From NCBI RefSeq assembly GCF_030028105.1, contig NC_092377.1, forward strand, positions 137,869,736-137,933,735: a stretch of DNA of 64,000 bases. Reading direction: 5' to 3'. Within the stretch, counting starts at the first letter, position 1; the number at the start of each line of letters is the position of its first letter. A model generated the notes under the pieces. That model was not told where the DNA came from and ran no database searches. It saw only the letters and a program-made list of their open reading frames with translations. Below, in pieces: positions 12,130-24,699 of the stretch. Made by a program: the position numbers and the translations under genes. The stretch is from Mobula birostris (Eukaryota).

Positions 12130-15100
12130 TCACAAACATAGAATCATAGAAAACCCTCAGCACAATACAGGCCCTTCAGACCACAATGCTGTGCCGAACA
12201 TGTACTTACTTTAGAAATTACCTCGGGTTACCCATAGTCCTCTATTTTACTAAGCTCCATGTATCTACCCAGGAGTCTCTTAAAAGGCCCTATTGTATCT
12301 GCCTCCACCACTGCTGCTGGCAGCCCATTCCATGCACTCACCACTCTCTGCGTAAAAAACTTACCCCTGACATCTCCTCTGTACCTACTTCTAAGCACCT
12401 TAAAACTGTGCCATCTCATGTTAGCCACTTCAGCACTGGGAAAAAGCCTCTGACTATCCACACGATCAATGCCTCTCATCATCTTATACACCTCTATCAG
12501 GTCACCTCTTATCCTCCATCACTCCAAGGAGAAAAGGCCAACTTCACTCAACCTATTCTCATAAGGCATGCTCCTCAATCCAGGCAACATCCTTGTAAAT
12601 CTCCTCTGCACCCTTTCCACAGTTTCCACATCCTTCCTGTAGTGAGGTGACCAGAACTGAGCACAGTACTCCAAGTGGGGTCTGACCAGGGTCCTATATA
12701 GCTGTAACATTACCTCTCGGCTCTTGAACTCAATCCCATGATTGATGAAAGCCAATGCACCATATGCTTTCTTAACCACAGAGTCAACCTGCGCAGCAGC
12801 TTTGAGCGTCCTATGGACTTGGACCCAAGATCTTTCTGATCCTCCACACTGCCAAGAGTCTTACCATCCATACTATATTCTGCCATCATATTTGACCTAC
12901 CAAAATTAACCACCTCACACTTATCTGGGTTGAACTCTATCTGTCACTTCACAGCCCAGTTTTGCATCTTATTGATGTCCCATGCAGAATATGACCCATC
13001 TACAACCACTCTTTGCCTTCTGTGGGCAAGCCAATTCTGGATCTACAAAGCAAGGTCCCCTTGGATCCCATGCCTCCTATGCCTCCTTACTTTCTCAATA
13101 AGCCTTGCATGGGGTACCTTGTCAAATGCCTTGCTGAAATCCATATACGCTACATCTACTACTCTACCGTCATCAATGTGTTTAGTCACATCCTCAAAAA
13201 ATCCAACCAGGCTTGTAAGGCATGACCTAACTTTGACAAAGCCACGCTGACTATTCCTAATCATACTATGCCTCTCCAAATCTTCATAAATCCTACCTCT
13301 CAGGATCTTCTCCATCAACTTACCAACCACTAAAGTAAGACTCACTGGTCTATAATTTCCTGGGCTATCTCTACTCCCTTCTTGAATAAGGGAACAACAT
13401 CTGTAACCCTCCAATCCTCTGGAACCTCTCCCGTTCCCATTGATAATGCAAAGATCTTTGCCAGAGGCTCAGCAATCTCCTCCCTTGCCTCCCACAGTAG
13501 CCCAGGGTACATCTCATCCGGTCCCGGCGATTTATCCAACTTGATGCTTTCCAAAAGCTCCGGCACATCCTTTTTCTTAATATCTACATGCTCAAGCTTT
13601 TCAGTCGCTGCAAGTCATCACTACAATCACCAAGGTCCTTTTCCGTAGTGAATACTGAAGCAAAGTATTCATTAAGTACCTCCACTACCTCCTCCTGTTC
13701 CATACACACTTTTCCACTGTCACATTTGATTGGTCCTATTCTCTCATGTCTTATCCTCTTGCTCTTCACATACTTATAGAATGCCTTGGGGTTTTCCTTA
13801 ATCCTGCTCACCAAGGCCTTCTCACAGCCCCTTCTGGCTCTCCTAATTTCATTCTTAAACTCCTTCCTGCTGGCCTTATAATTTTCTAGATCTCAATCAT
13901 TACCTAGTTTTTTGAACCTTTCATAAGCATTTCTTTTCTTGACTAGATTTTTTACAGCTTTCATACACCATGGTTCCTGTACCCTACCAACCTTCCCCTG
14001 TCTCAATGGAATGTACCTATGCAGAATGCCACGCAAATATCCCCTGAACATTTGCCACATTTCTGCCGTACATTTCCCTGAGAACATCTGCTCCCAATTT
14101 AAGCTTCCAGGTTCCTGCCTGATAGGGTCATATTTCCCCTTACTCCAATTAAACGTTTTCCTGACTTGTTTGTTCCTATCCCTCTCCAATGCTATGGTAA
14201 AGGAGATAGAATTGTGATCGCTATTTCCAAAATGCTCTCCCACTGAGAGACCTGACACCTGACCAGGTTCATTTCCCAATACCAGATCAAGTACAGCCTC
14301 TCTTCTTGTAGGCTTATCTACATATTGTGTCAGAAAACCTCCCTGAACACACTTAACAAACTCCACCCATCTAAACCCCTCACTCTAGCGAGATGCCAAT
14401 AAATATTGGGGAAATTAAAATCTCCCATCACGACAACCCTATTATTATTGCACTGTCCCAGAATCTGCCTCCCTATCTGCTCCTCGATATCCCTGTTACT
14501 ATTGGGTTATCTATAAAAAAATCTAGTAGAGTTATTCACCCCTTCCTCTTTCTAACTTCCAACCTCAGAGACTCAAGAGGCAATCCCTCCATGACTTCCT
14601 CCTTTTCTGCAGCCATGACACTATCTCTGATCAACAGTGCCACACCCCCACTTCTTTTGCCTCCCTCCCTGTCTTGACCCCTTTCTGAAACATCTAAAGC
14701 CTGGCACTCTAAGTAGCCATTCCTGCCCCTGAGCCATCCAAGTCTCTGTAATGGCCACAATGTCATAACTCCAAGTATTGATCCATGCTGTAAGCTCATC
14801 CGCTTTGTTCATGATACTCCCTGCATTAAAATAGACACATCTCAAACCATTAGTAGTCTCTATCACCTGCCTATCCTCCCTCTCACACTGCCTACAAGCT
14901 TTCTCTATTTGTGAGCCAACCGCCCCATCATCCTTCTCTTCAGTTCAGTTCCCACCTCCCAGCAATTCTAGTTTAAATTCTCCCCAATAGCCTTAGCAAA
15001 CCTCCCTGCCAGAATATTGTCCCCCTCGGATTCAAGTGCAACACACCCTTATTGTACAGGTCACACCTACACCAAAAGAGGTCCCAATGATCCAGAATTC

Positions 15101-15535
15101 TGAATCCCTGCCCCCTGCTCCAATCCCTCAGTCACACATTTATCCTCCACCTCACTCTATTCCTATACTCACTGTCGCAGTAGTCCCAAGGTTACTACCC
15201 TTGTGGTGCTGCTTATCAGCTTCTTTCCTAACTCCCTGTAGTCTGTTTTCAAGACCTCCTGCCTTTTCCTGCCTATGTCATTGGTACCAATATGTACCAC
15301 GATCTCTGGCTGTTCAACTTCCCACTTCAGGATATCGCGGACACGATCAGAAACATCCTGGACCCTGGCACCTGGGAGGCAAACCACCATCTGTGCTTCT
15401 TTCCTGCATCCACAGAATCGCCTGTCTGACCCCCTAACTATAGAGGGTCCTCTGTCACTGCTGCCATCTTCTTCCTTTCCCTACTCTTCTGAGCCACAGG
15501 GCCAGACTCTGTGCCAGAGACACGGCCACTGTCGT
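12130..15535 (-). mobile_element. Long CR1 LINE (ORF1 esterase end, APE, RT, 3' tail), disrupted
   Basis: SGNH-esterase-like VVCLPGARVQDVSDRV...VHIGTND (15169-15390); APE YDIVAITETW (14536-14866) and LDLVLGNEP (13893-14366); RT NYRPVSLT...DFSKAFDKVPH (13043-13414); 3' end and (atagaa) tail at about 12140. The QG/FADD region of RT appears deleted near 12980. Confidence 0.92.
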
Positions 15536-16425
15536 TTCCTTCCACCACTACTCTCCTCCATCTGGCGGAACCGGTCCTCAATCTCAATAATTTCTCTTTC
15601 GGCTCCTCCCATTTCCTCCAAACCAAAGGTGTAGCCATGGGTACTCACATGGGTCTCAGCTATGCCTGCCTTTTTGCCAGCTATGTCGAACAGTCTATGT
15701 TCCAAGCCTACACCGGTATATCTCCCCAACATTTCCTATGCTACATTGATGACTGAATTGGTGCTGCTTCCTGCACACACATGGAACTCGTCGACTTTAT
15801 CCATTTTGCCTTTAACTTCCACCCTGCCCTCAAGTTTACCTGGTTCATTTCCGACAGCTCCCTCCTTTTCTCGGTCTCTCTGCTCTGTTTCTGGAGACAG
15901 CTTATCAACTGATATCTTTTATAAACCCACCAATTCTCACGGCTACCTGGACTAAATCTCTTCCCACCCTGTCACTTGTAAAAATGCCATTCTCTTCTCT
16001 CAGTTCCTCTGTCTTCATCACATCTGCTCTCAGAGTGAGGATTTTCATTCCAGAACTAATAAGATGTCCTCCTTCTTCAAAGAAAGAGGCTCCCTTCCTC
16101 CACCATCAACGCTGCCCTCATGTGCAACTCTTCCATTTTGCGCACACCAGCCCTCACAATATCCTCCCACTGTCACACCAGGGATAGGGTTCCTCTTGTC
16201 CTCACCTACCACACCACTAGCCTCTGCGTCCAGCACATAATTCTCGATACATTCCGCCATCTCCATAGGATCCCACCACCAAGCACTTCCCTTCCCCCCA
16301 CTTTCTGTTTTCTACAGAGATCACTCCCTACGCAACTCCCTTGTCCATTCTCCCTCCTGGTACTTATCCTTGCAAGTGGAACAAGTGCCACACCTGTCCC
16401 TACACCTCCTCCCTCACTTCTATTC

Positions 16426-16886
16426 CCTCCAATCTTCCATCCGTGGACTCACTTTACACCGCACGCTGTCGGAGCAGTGCTGCCAGGATAATCAAGGACA
16501 CGACCCACCCAGCCAACACACTTTTCGTCCCTCTTCCCTCCAGGAGAAGGTTCAGGAGCTTGAAGACTCAGATGGCCAGATTTGGGAACAGCTTCTTTCC
16601 AACTGTGATAAGACTGCTGAACAGATCCTGACCCGGATCTGGGCCATATCCTCCAAATATCCGGACCTGCCTCTCGGTTTTTTTTGCACTACTTTACTTC
16701 CCATTTTTCTATTTTCTATTTATGACTTATAATTTAAATGTTTAATATTTACTAATTTTAACTATTTTTAATATTTATTATTTGTAATCCAGGGAGTGTG
16801 AAGCACAGAATCAAATATCGCTGTGATGATTGTACATTCTAGTACCAATTGTTTAGCGACAATAAAGTATAAAGTATAAAGTATTC
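16426..16886 (+). mobile_element. Rex/Babar 3' fragment inserted into the Penelope element
   Basis: LPSVDSLYTARCRS..ARIIKDTTHPAN...FGNSFFPTVIRLLN (ORF 16341-16631), (taaag)n tail, and a possible 5-bp TSD tattc at 16421 and 16882. Confidence 0.8.
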
Positions 16887-17555
16887 AAGGCCCTAACAGT
16901 TCTTCCAGATGAGGTGACACTTCACCTGTTTCCAGTGCTCTCAACGTGGCTCCTGTATATCAGTGAAATGCGATGTGGACTGGGAAACCACTTTGCTGAA
17001 CTTCTACGCTCAGTCACCAGAAAAATGGGATCTCCCAGTGGCCACCTATTTTAATTCTATTCTGGCACGTCAGTCCATGGCCTCCTCTACTGCCATGATG
17101 TGGCCACACTCAGACTGGAAGAGCAAAACCTTATATTCTGTCTGGGTAGCCTCCAACCTGATGGCATGAACATCGATTTCTGAAACTTCCAGTAATTGCC
17201 TCCCCCATCCCATCCTTCACTATTCCCATTTCCATTTCTCTCTCACCTTATCTCCTTCCCTGCCCATCACCTCCCTCTGGTGCTCCTCCCCCTTCTCTTT
17301 CCTCTCCTATCAGATTCCTCCTTCTCCAAAGAACTTCCCAGCTCTTTATTTCATCCTGCCCCCTCTCCCAGCTTCATGTAGCACCTACTACCTTGTATTT
17401 CTTCTTCCAATCCCCCCACCTTCTTGCTCTAACTTCCCATCTTTTTTTTCCAGTCCTGATGAAGTGTCTCAGCCCGAAACGTTGACCGTTTACTCTTTTC
17501 CATAGATGCTGCCTGGCCTGCTGAGTTCCTCCAGCCTTTGGTGTGTGTTGCTTGG

Positions 17556-18120
17556 AGATGCAATTTGTCAGGATGCTCTCAATGGTGCTCCTAGAAAATT
17601 CAGTTAAGATGGGGAGAGGGGAAGACTTGCTTGCCTCAATCTCCTTAGGAAGTGGAGGTGCTGTTGTACCTTCTTGTTCAGGGAGGTGATATTAAGGGAC
17701 TAGATGACATCATCCGTGATGTGAACACCCAGGAATTTGGTGCACGAAAGTCTCTCTGTGGAGAAGCCATGTATATGCAAAGAGGGATGGTTCTTCTGTA
17801 TCTTCCCGAAGCTCACAATGGTTTCTTTGGTCTTCTCCAAGTTCAGGGTCAGGTTGTTCTTCTCACACCAATCCACCAGCCGCTCCTATTCCTCTCTGCA
17901 CTTGGACTCGTCATTGTTGTTGATGAGGCCAACCACTGCTGTGTCATCTGCAAACTTGATGACACTGTTTGAGCTGAATCCTGTGACACAGTCATGTGTC
18001 GGCAGTGTGAGCACACAGCCCTGCAGAGCGCCAGTGCTTAGCATAATGAGTCTAGAGACATTGCTGCCCACACGGTCTGACTGCGGCCTTCTGTTAAAAA
18101 GTCCAGGATCTGATTCCAGA
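17556..18120 (-). mobile_element. Rex/Babar RT fragment
   Basis: ORF 17886-18125: LSTGALQGCVL...VIKFADDTAVVGLI. Confidence 0.75.
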
Positions 18121-18875
18121 GACAAGTTACAGACTTTTCCTCTAAAATCTTTACTATCAAATTTGTGTACTTTCCCATTATTCTGACAATGTTACATCAT
18201 GATTCAGATCACACTCTGGACTTGTTCTGTTTGTAACAATGCCCTTCAGTCTGAGACATTTCAACCATGTGTAATTCTCTGGCCAGCCTGTTACTTTGCT
18301 TCACAGGTCATTTTTCAACCTGGCAGAGGCACTGCAAAGCCAAGTAATGGTACGGTAGCATTCATTCTCTCAGCCTCCATGAACATTTAGGTGACAGAGC
18401 AAATTGTGCTTCTAAGCTGCCCTTCAAGCTTCCCTAACCAGTGGAAGGTTTGGGAGGCACAGTCTGAGTGGTTCTGGGAGCTCTTCACTAATCAGTTGTA
18501 TGATCTTTCAAGCAGCTTTCAGCCAATCCAACAGTTCACTTCTCCTATAACTTGGAGACACAGGGTGGCAACACTCCTGCAATCCTGAATCAGAACCAGA
18601 ATCGGGTTGACTGTCACTGGCATATGTTGTGAAATGTGCTGTTTTGTGAAAGCAGTACAGTGCAAGACTTAAACATTACCATAAGTTACAAAAATAAATA
18701 AGTAGATAGTGCAAAAGAGTAATCGTGAAGTAGTGTTCATGGGTTCAGGGACCGTTCAGAAATCTGATGGCAGAGGGGAAGAAGCTGTTACTGAAACGTT
18801 AAGTGTGGGTCTTCAGGATCGTGCATCTCCCTTGTGATAGTACTAATGAGATGAGGGCAGGTCACGGGTGGTGAA

Positions 18876-19123
18876 TGTTACATTTTGTGACTCCAAGACA
18901 TAAAACCAATTGAAAGAAAAACAAGAGAGGCTGAGAGATGTGCATAAACTTCATTTTTACTTTTAGCAAGGAACACACTAATGACGTGGTGGTGTGATGA
19001 CGTATGCCATTCATGTACTTTTACATATGACCTTCAAAGCACATGTTAACAACAAAGAATGCTGACTCAAACAATATATTTACAATATTACTCAAATATA
19101 ACTAAAATATTAAATACACAACA
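18876..19123 (-). mobile_element. Solo LTR of the Gypsy family found at 29925-33585, inserted into a Rex/Babar fragment (about 18590-19700)
   Basis: TG...CA ends, clear similarity to both LTRs, 5-bp TSD gtgaa/gtgag, and the Rex-type sequence continues across the insertion. Confidence 0.8.
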
Positions 19124-19156
19124 GTGAGGGTCCTTAATGCTGGGTGTTGCCTTTTG

Positions 19157-19468
19157 TTGGCGCGTGGCCAAGTGGTTACGGTATTCGTCTAGTGATTTGA
19201 AGGTCGCTAGTTCGAGCCTTGGCTGAGGCAGCATGTGTGTCCTTGAGCAAAGCACTTAACCACACATTGCTCGACGACGACACCGGTGCCAAGCTGTATG
19301 GGTCATAATGCCCTTCCCTTGGACAACATCGGTGGCCTGGAGAGGGGAGACTTGCAGCATGGGCAACTGCCGGTCTTCCATACAACCTTGCCCAGGCCTG
19401 CGGCCTGGAAACTTTCCAAGGCGCAAATCCATGGTCTCACGAGATTAACAGATGCCTATTAAAAAAAA
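19157..19468 (+). mobile_element. tRNA-derived SINE with a CORE-like central segment
   Basis: A box (tggccaagtgg), B box (gttcgagcc), gtgtccttgagcaaagcacttaacc core, A8 tail, and 9-bp TSD tgccttttg at 19148-19156 and 19469-19477. A second copy lies at 40434-40727. Confidence 0.85.
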
Positions 19469-19989
19469 TGCCTTTTGAAGACGAGGAAGGATTGTGCCCG
19501 TGATAGAGCTGACTGAGTCTTCCACCCTCTTTCAATCCTGCAAACTGCAGCCTCCATACCAGGCTGTGATATAGCCAGAATGCCCTGCACCGTGCATCTG
19601 TCGAAATTTGTAAGAGTCTTTGCTGGCATAGAAAATCTCCTCTAACTTCTCAAACTGCTTCTTTGTTATTGTGTCAACGTGTTAGGTCCAGGATAGGCTT
19701 TCTGAGATATTATGCCTCAATGGAAAGTGGTTGAGTCCACTTGTTTGGGACTCCACCTATCACTCTAAAGATTCACTTCCACCACCAGCCGCAGAACACT
19801 GCCTGCAGTGTGTTCCTTCTAGGAAATGCTCTGCAGTCACTTACACAAGCAACATAGGAACACCATGCTCTCCAAGTTGCACACTACCCTCACTCACCGA
19901 TGTATGACTATTTGTCTTTGTTGCTGGTTCCCAATACTGAAATTCCTTTGCCTACAGCACTGTGTGAATACCTCCATCAGGTTTACAGC

Positions 19990-20890
19990 AGTTCTAGAAT
20001 GAGGCAACCCAATGTATTCAAGGCCAGTGGGACAGGTAGTGTCAAGGAAGCAGGGAGTCTACAGAAGGACTTTAATAGATTAGGAGAATGGGCAAAGAAG
20101 AGGCAGATGGAATACAGTGTATGGTCAGGCATTTTGGTCGAAGGACTAAAGGCATAGACTACTTTCTAAACAAGCAGCAATTCAGAAATTAGAAGTGCAA
20201 AAGGACTTGGGAGTCCTAGTAAAGGTTTCCCTAAAGATTAACTTACAGGTTGAGTCAGTGTGAGGAAGGCAAATGAAACAATAACATTCAGTTTGAGAGG
20301 ACTAGAATATAAAAGCAACGATGTAATTCTCAGGCTTGCTTTCTAAATCATCAGTCAGACCATGTTTGGAGTATTGTGAGCAGATTGGGACCCCTTCTCT
20401 CAGGAAGAATGTGCCGGCTTTGGAGAGGGTCCAGAGGATGTCATGAGAATGATTCCGGGATTAGCGTGTGAAGAGTGTTTGATAGCTCTAGGTCTATACT
20501 CTCTGGAGTTTAGAAGAATGAGAGGCGATCTCATTGAAACCTATTGAATACTGAAAGGTCGAGACAGAATGGACATGCAGATGATGTTTTCAATAGTGGG
20601 AGAGTCTAGAACCAGAGAACACAGCCTCATAATACAAGGGCAGAACACAGATAAGGAAGAATTTCTCTAGCGAGAGGGTGGTGAATCTGTGAATTTCATT
20701 GTTACAGATAGCTATGAAATCTAAGACATTGGGTATATTTAAAATGATAGGTGTTTGATTAGTAAAGGTATCAAAGGTTACAGGAGGAGGCAGGAGAAAG
20801 AGATTGAGGGGGTAATAAATCAGCCACAATGGAATGGCGGAGCAGATTGATGGAATGAATGCCCCAATCCTGCTCTTATGTCTTATGGTC
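19990..20890 (+). mobile_element. CR1 3' region, decayed
   Basis: SLQKDFNRLGEWAKKRQMEY (ORF 19900-20157) followed by the CR1 C-terminal and 3'UTR pattern. Confidence 0.78.
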
Positions 20891-21118
20891 GATGGTAATC
20901 AGGGAATAGAAATAAATGCTGGCCCTTACTAAAATGCCAATACCCCAGAAAATTAATAAACAAAATATACACCGTTTGAGTAACTACTGGATCTTCACAT
21001 CAGCCAAGACACACAGTCCTTCACTTGATTGTTGGTGCCTGATTTTAATACTCACTGTGGATCTTCAACTTGATAGGTCACTGGATCCATCCCAAAAACT
21101 CCACTCCTAACAAGAGCA

Positions 21119-21475
21119 TCTTGGACCTCCGGATGGCCAACAGCAGGAGTGATTGATAAGTTTGTGGCCTTGGGTAGAAGGAGATGAGTTATACAGCTCT
21201 CATTACATGCACGTGCAGTTCAACTCTTTGAGTGAAAATGCAGAAAGTTTGAAGTTAATAACTCATCTCCTTCTACCTTAGGCCATGAACTTATCAATCA
21301 CCCCTGCTGTGGACCACTTTCTGGAGGTCCAAGACACCAACTTCTACAAAGAAGGGATCCGTATGCTCCATGGCCACTGGACTAAGTGTGTAAATGTAGG
21401 AAAAATAAATGTGCTAGGTTTTCTGGAACTGACTCCTTCTACCGTTGGCCATGAACTTATCAATCACCCCTCGTA
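21119..21475. mobile_element. Non-autonomous mariner derivative with three TIR copies
   Basis: TIR-like gtgattgataagtt.gtggcct..ggtagaaggag at about 21144-21192, inverted copies at 21258-21306 and 21433-21475 (ending cccctcgTA), and a transposase C-terminal remnant FYKEGIRMLH.HWTKCV (ORF 21285-21479). Confidence 0.75.
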
Positions 21476-22089
21476 CTGAGCAAAACCATTTCACATTCTT
21501 TAGCGCCTTTTCCATACCAGGGACAATTCTGCACCCTGCCTCACACATCGAATCAAGGACGCAGGAGAGATTTTTAAAAATTCTCAGACAGTGAATTATA
21601 TTCAACAGAAAAGATGGTCCTTTCAACCAGTCTCTTTTACCTCACAATGTCCCAATGAGATCAGGTATTGGGACAGGCAAGAGAGGAGATTGCTGGTCCT
21701 TTACAAAGATCTTTGCATCCTCTCTAGCAACAGACAAGAACTGGAGACAATATTGTTCTTTTGCTGATGAAGGGCAATTGGGATAATTTTAGAAGTTATA
21801 TGTGGGTGAAACTCATGTCACTGTTGAAGCTTCATTTGTTGAAGCTATTAGAGAGGATTCTCAGTTCTAGGAATTCCTCGCATTTGAAAAAATCATGAGC
21901 TTATTAGAAATAGTCAGCTTGGTTTTATGTGGGGCCAGTCACGATTTAGAAATGTGATTGAGTGTTTTGAGAAGGTGTTGAAGACGGTTGATGAGGATAA
22001 GGCAGTGGATATTGTCTATATCGACTTTTGTAACACATTTGACAATGTCCCCCACAGTGGGATGATCAACAACAAAGATTCCCAACATG

Positions 22090-22262
22090 GGATCCACCTA
22101 TCGCCTGTCATTTCTCTCTACCCTCCCCCCACCTTTCAAATCTGCTGCTCAGCATTTTTTCTCCAGTCCTGCCGAAGGGTTTCGGCCCGAAACGTCGACT
22201 GTACTTTTTTTCCATAGGTGCTGCCTGGCCTGCTGAGTTCCTCCAGCATTTTGTGTGTGTTA
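22090..22262 (+). mobile_element. Penelope pLTR fragment with hammerhead-like motif (core A6 changed to C)
   Basis: cagtc-ctgccga-agggtttcggccc-gaaac-gtc-gactg at 22164-22201, followed by the pLTR tail. Confidence 0.7.
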
Positions 22263-22365
22263 TTCTACCTGGAGATCTGTGACCAGTGGTGTTTCACAGA
22301 GAGCGGTGCCAGGAACTCTGTTGACAATATGATCAGTTGTGTGGCTCTACAAAAAGCAGGGTTAA

Positions 22366-24665
22366 ACATAGAACATAGAATAGTACAGCACAGTACAGGC
22401 CCTTCGGCCCACAATGTTGTGCCGACCCTCAAACCCTGCCTCCCATATAAGCCCCCACCTTAAATTCCTCCATATACCTGTCTAGTAGTCTCTTAAACTT
22501 CACTAGTGTATCAGCCTCCACCACTGACTCAGGCAGTGCAATTCACGCACCAACCACTCTCTGAGTAAAAAACCTTCCTCTAATATCCCCCTTGAAATTC
22601 CCACCCCTTACCTTAAAGCCATGTCCTCTTGTATTGAGCAGAGGTGCCCTGGGGAAGAGGCGCTGGCTATCCACTCTATCTATTCCTCTTATTATCTTGT
22701 ACACTTCTATCATGTCTCCTCTCATCCTCCCTCTCTCCAAAGAGTAAAGCCTTAGCTCCCTTAATCTCTGATCATAATGCATACTCTCTAAACCAGGCAG
22801 CATCCTGGTAAATCTCCTCTGTACCCTTTCCAATGCTTCCACATCCTTCCTATGGTGAGGTGACCAGAACTGGACACAGTACTCCAAGTGTGGCCTAACC
22901 AGAGTTTTATAGAGCTGCATCATTACATCACGACTCTTAAACTCTATCCCTCGACTTATGAAAGCTAACACCCCATAAGCTTTCTTAACTACCCTAGCCA
23001 CCTGTGAGGCAACTTTCAGGGATCAGTGGACATGTACCCCGAGATCCCTCTGCTCCTCCACACTACCAAGTATCCTGCCATTTACTTTGTACTCTGCCTT
23101 GGAGTTTGTCCTTCCAAAGTGTACCACCTCACACTTCTCCGGGTTGAACTCCATCTGCCGCTTCTCAGCCCACTCCTGCATCCTATCAATGTCTCTCTGC
23201 AATCTCTGACAATCCTCTACACTATCTACACCACCACCAACTTTTGTGTCGTCTGCAAACTTGCCAACCCACCCTTCTACCCCCACATCCAGGTCGTTAA
23301 TAAAAATCACGAAAAGTAGAGGTCCCAGAACAGATCCTTGTGGGACACCACTAGTCACAATCCTCCAATCTGAATGTATTCCCTCCACCACCACCCTCTG
23401 CCATCTGCAGGCAAGCCAATTCTGAATCCACCTGGCCAAACTTCCCTGGATCCCATGCCTTCTAACTTTCTGAATAAGCCTACTGTATGGAACCTTGTCA
23501 AATGCCTTACTAAAATCCATATAGATCACATCCACTGCACTACCCTCATCTATATGCCTGGTCACCTCCGCAAAGAACTCTATCAGGCTTGTTAGACACG
23601 ATCTGCCCTTCACAAAGCCATGCTGACTGTCCCTGATCAGATCATGATTCTCTAAATGCCTATAGATCCTATCTCTAAGAATTTTTTCCAACAGCTTTCC
23701 CACCACAGACGTAAGGCTCACTGGTCTATAATTACCCGGCCTATCCCTACTACCTTTTTTGAACAAGGGGACAACATTCGCCTCCCTCCAATCCTCCAGT
23801 ACCATTCCGGTGGACAACGAGGACATAAAGATCCTAGCCAGAGGCTCAGCAATCTCTTCTCTCACCTCGTGGAGCAGCCTGGGGAATATTCCATCAGGCC
23901 CCAGGGACTTATCTGTCCTAATGTATTTTAACAAATCCAACACCTCCTCTCCCTTAATATCAACATGCTCCAGAACATCAACCTCACTCATATTGTCCTC
24001 ACCATCATCAAGTTCCCTCTCATTGGTGAATACCGAAGAGAAGTATTCATTGAGGACCTCGCTCACTTCCACAGCCTCCAGGCACATCTTCCCACCTTTA
24101 TCTCTAATCCATCCCACCTTCACTCCTGTCATCCTTTTTTCTTCACATAATTGAAGAATGCCTTGGGGTTTTCCTTTACCCTACTCGCCAAGGCCTTCTC
24201 ATGCCCCCTTCTTGCTCTTCTCAGCCCCTTCTTAAGCTCCTTCCTTGCTACCCTATATTCCTCAATAGACCCATCTGATCCTTGCTTCCTAAACCTCATG
24301 TATGCTGCCTTCTTCCACCTGACTAGATTTTCCACCTCACTTGTCATCCATGGTTCCTTCACCCTACCATTCTTTATCTTCCTCACCAGGACAAATTTAT
24401 CCCTAACATCCCGCAAGAGATCTCTAAACATCAACCACATGTCCATAGTACATTTCCCTGCAAAAACATCATCCCAATTCACACCCGCAAGTTCTAGCCT
24501 TATAGCCTCATAATTTGCATTTCCCCAATTAAAAATTTTCCTGTCCTCTCTGATTCTGTCCTTTTCCATGATAATGCTAAAGGCCAGGGATCGGTGGTCA
24601 CTGTCCCCCAGATGCTCACCCACTGACAGATCTGTGACCTGACCCGGTTCATTACCTAGTACTAC
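22366..24665 (-). mobile_element. Relatively young 5'-truncated CR1 LINE (APE end plus complete RT region)
   Basis: ORFs 24129-24740, 23023-24132 (GVPQGSVLGP, FADDTK) and 22543-23001 are collinear, with about three lesions. (acatagaa)n tail at about 22366. Confidence 0.95.
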
Positions 24666-24699
24666 GTAATGTTGTTTGAGATAAATATAAATGCTCGCT

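Larger units (their letters stand above)
11294..17555 (+). mobile_element. Penelope-like element (RT plus GIY-YIG plus pLTR), decayed, carrying three nested insertions
   Basis: KGGAVVVW (about 11295), FYRLPKIH (11500-11523), TMDVQSLYTSIP (about 12045), GVAMGTHMG...CYIDD (ORF 15511-15756), YKPTNSHGYLD, GIY-YIG remnant at 16900-17180, and pLTR with hammerhead at 17451-17488. Confidence 0.85.

Noticed and set aside
19157-19235. tRNA gene (also at about 40650-40727 and 41395-41465)
   Set aside because: A/B boxes are present, but the sequence runs into a SINE body with A-tail and TSD, and I could not fold a full cloverleaf.
21050-21145. Possible minus-strand exon (VGHPEVQDALVRSGVFGMDPVTYQVEDP, then gtgagt)
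   Set aside because: Its 5' part is an arm of the mariner-derived inverted repeat, it has no clear acceptor or partner exons, and the peptide is not recognisable.
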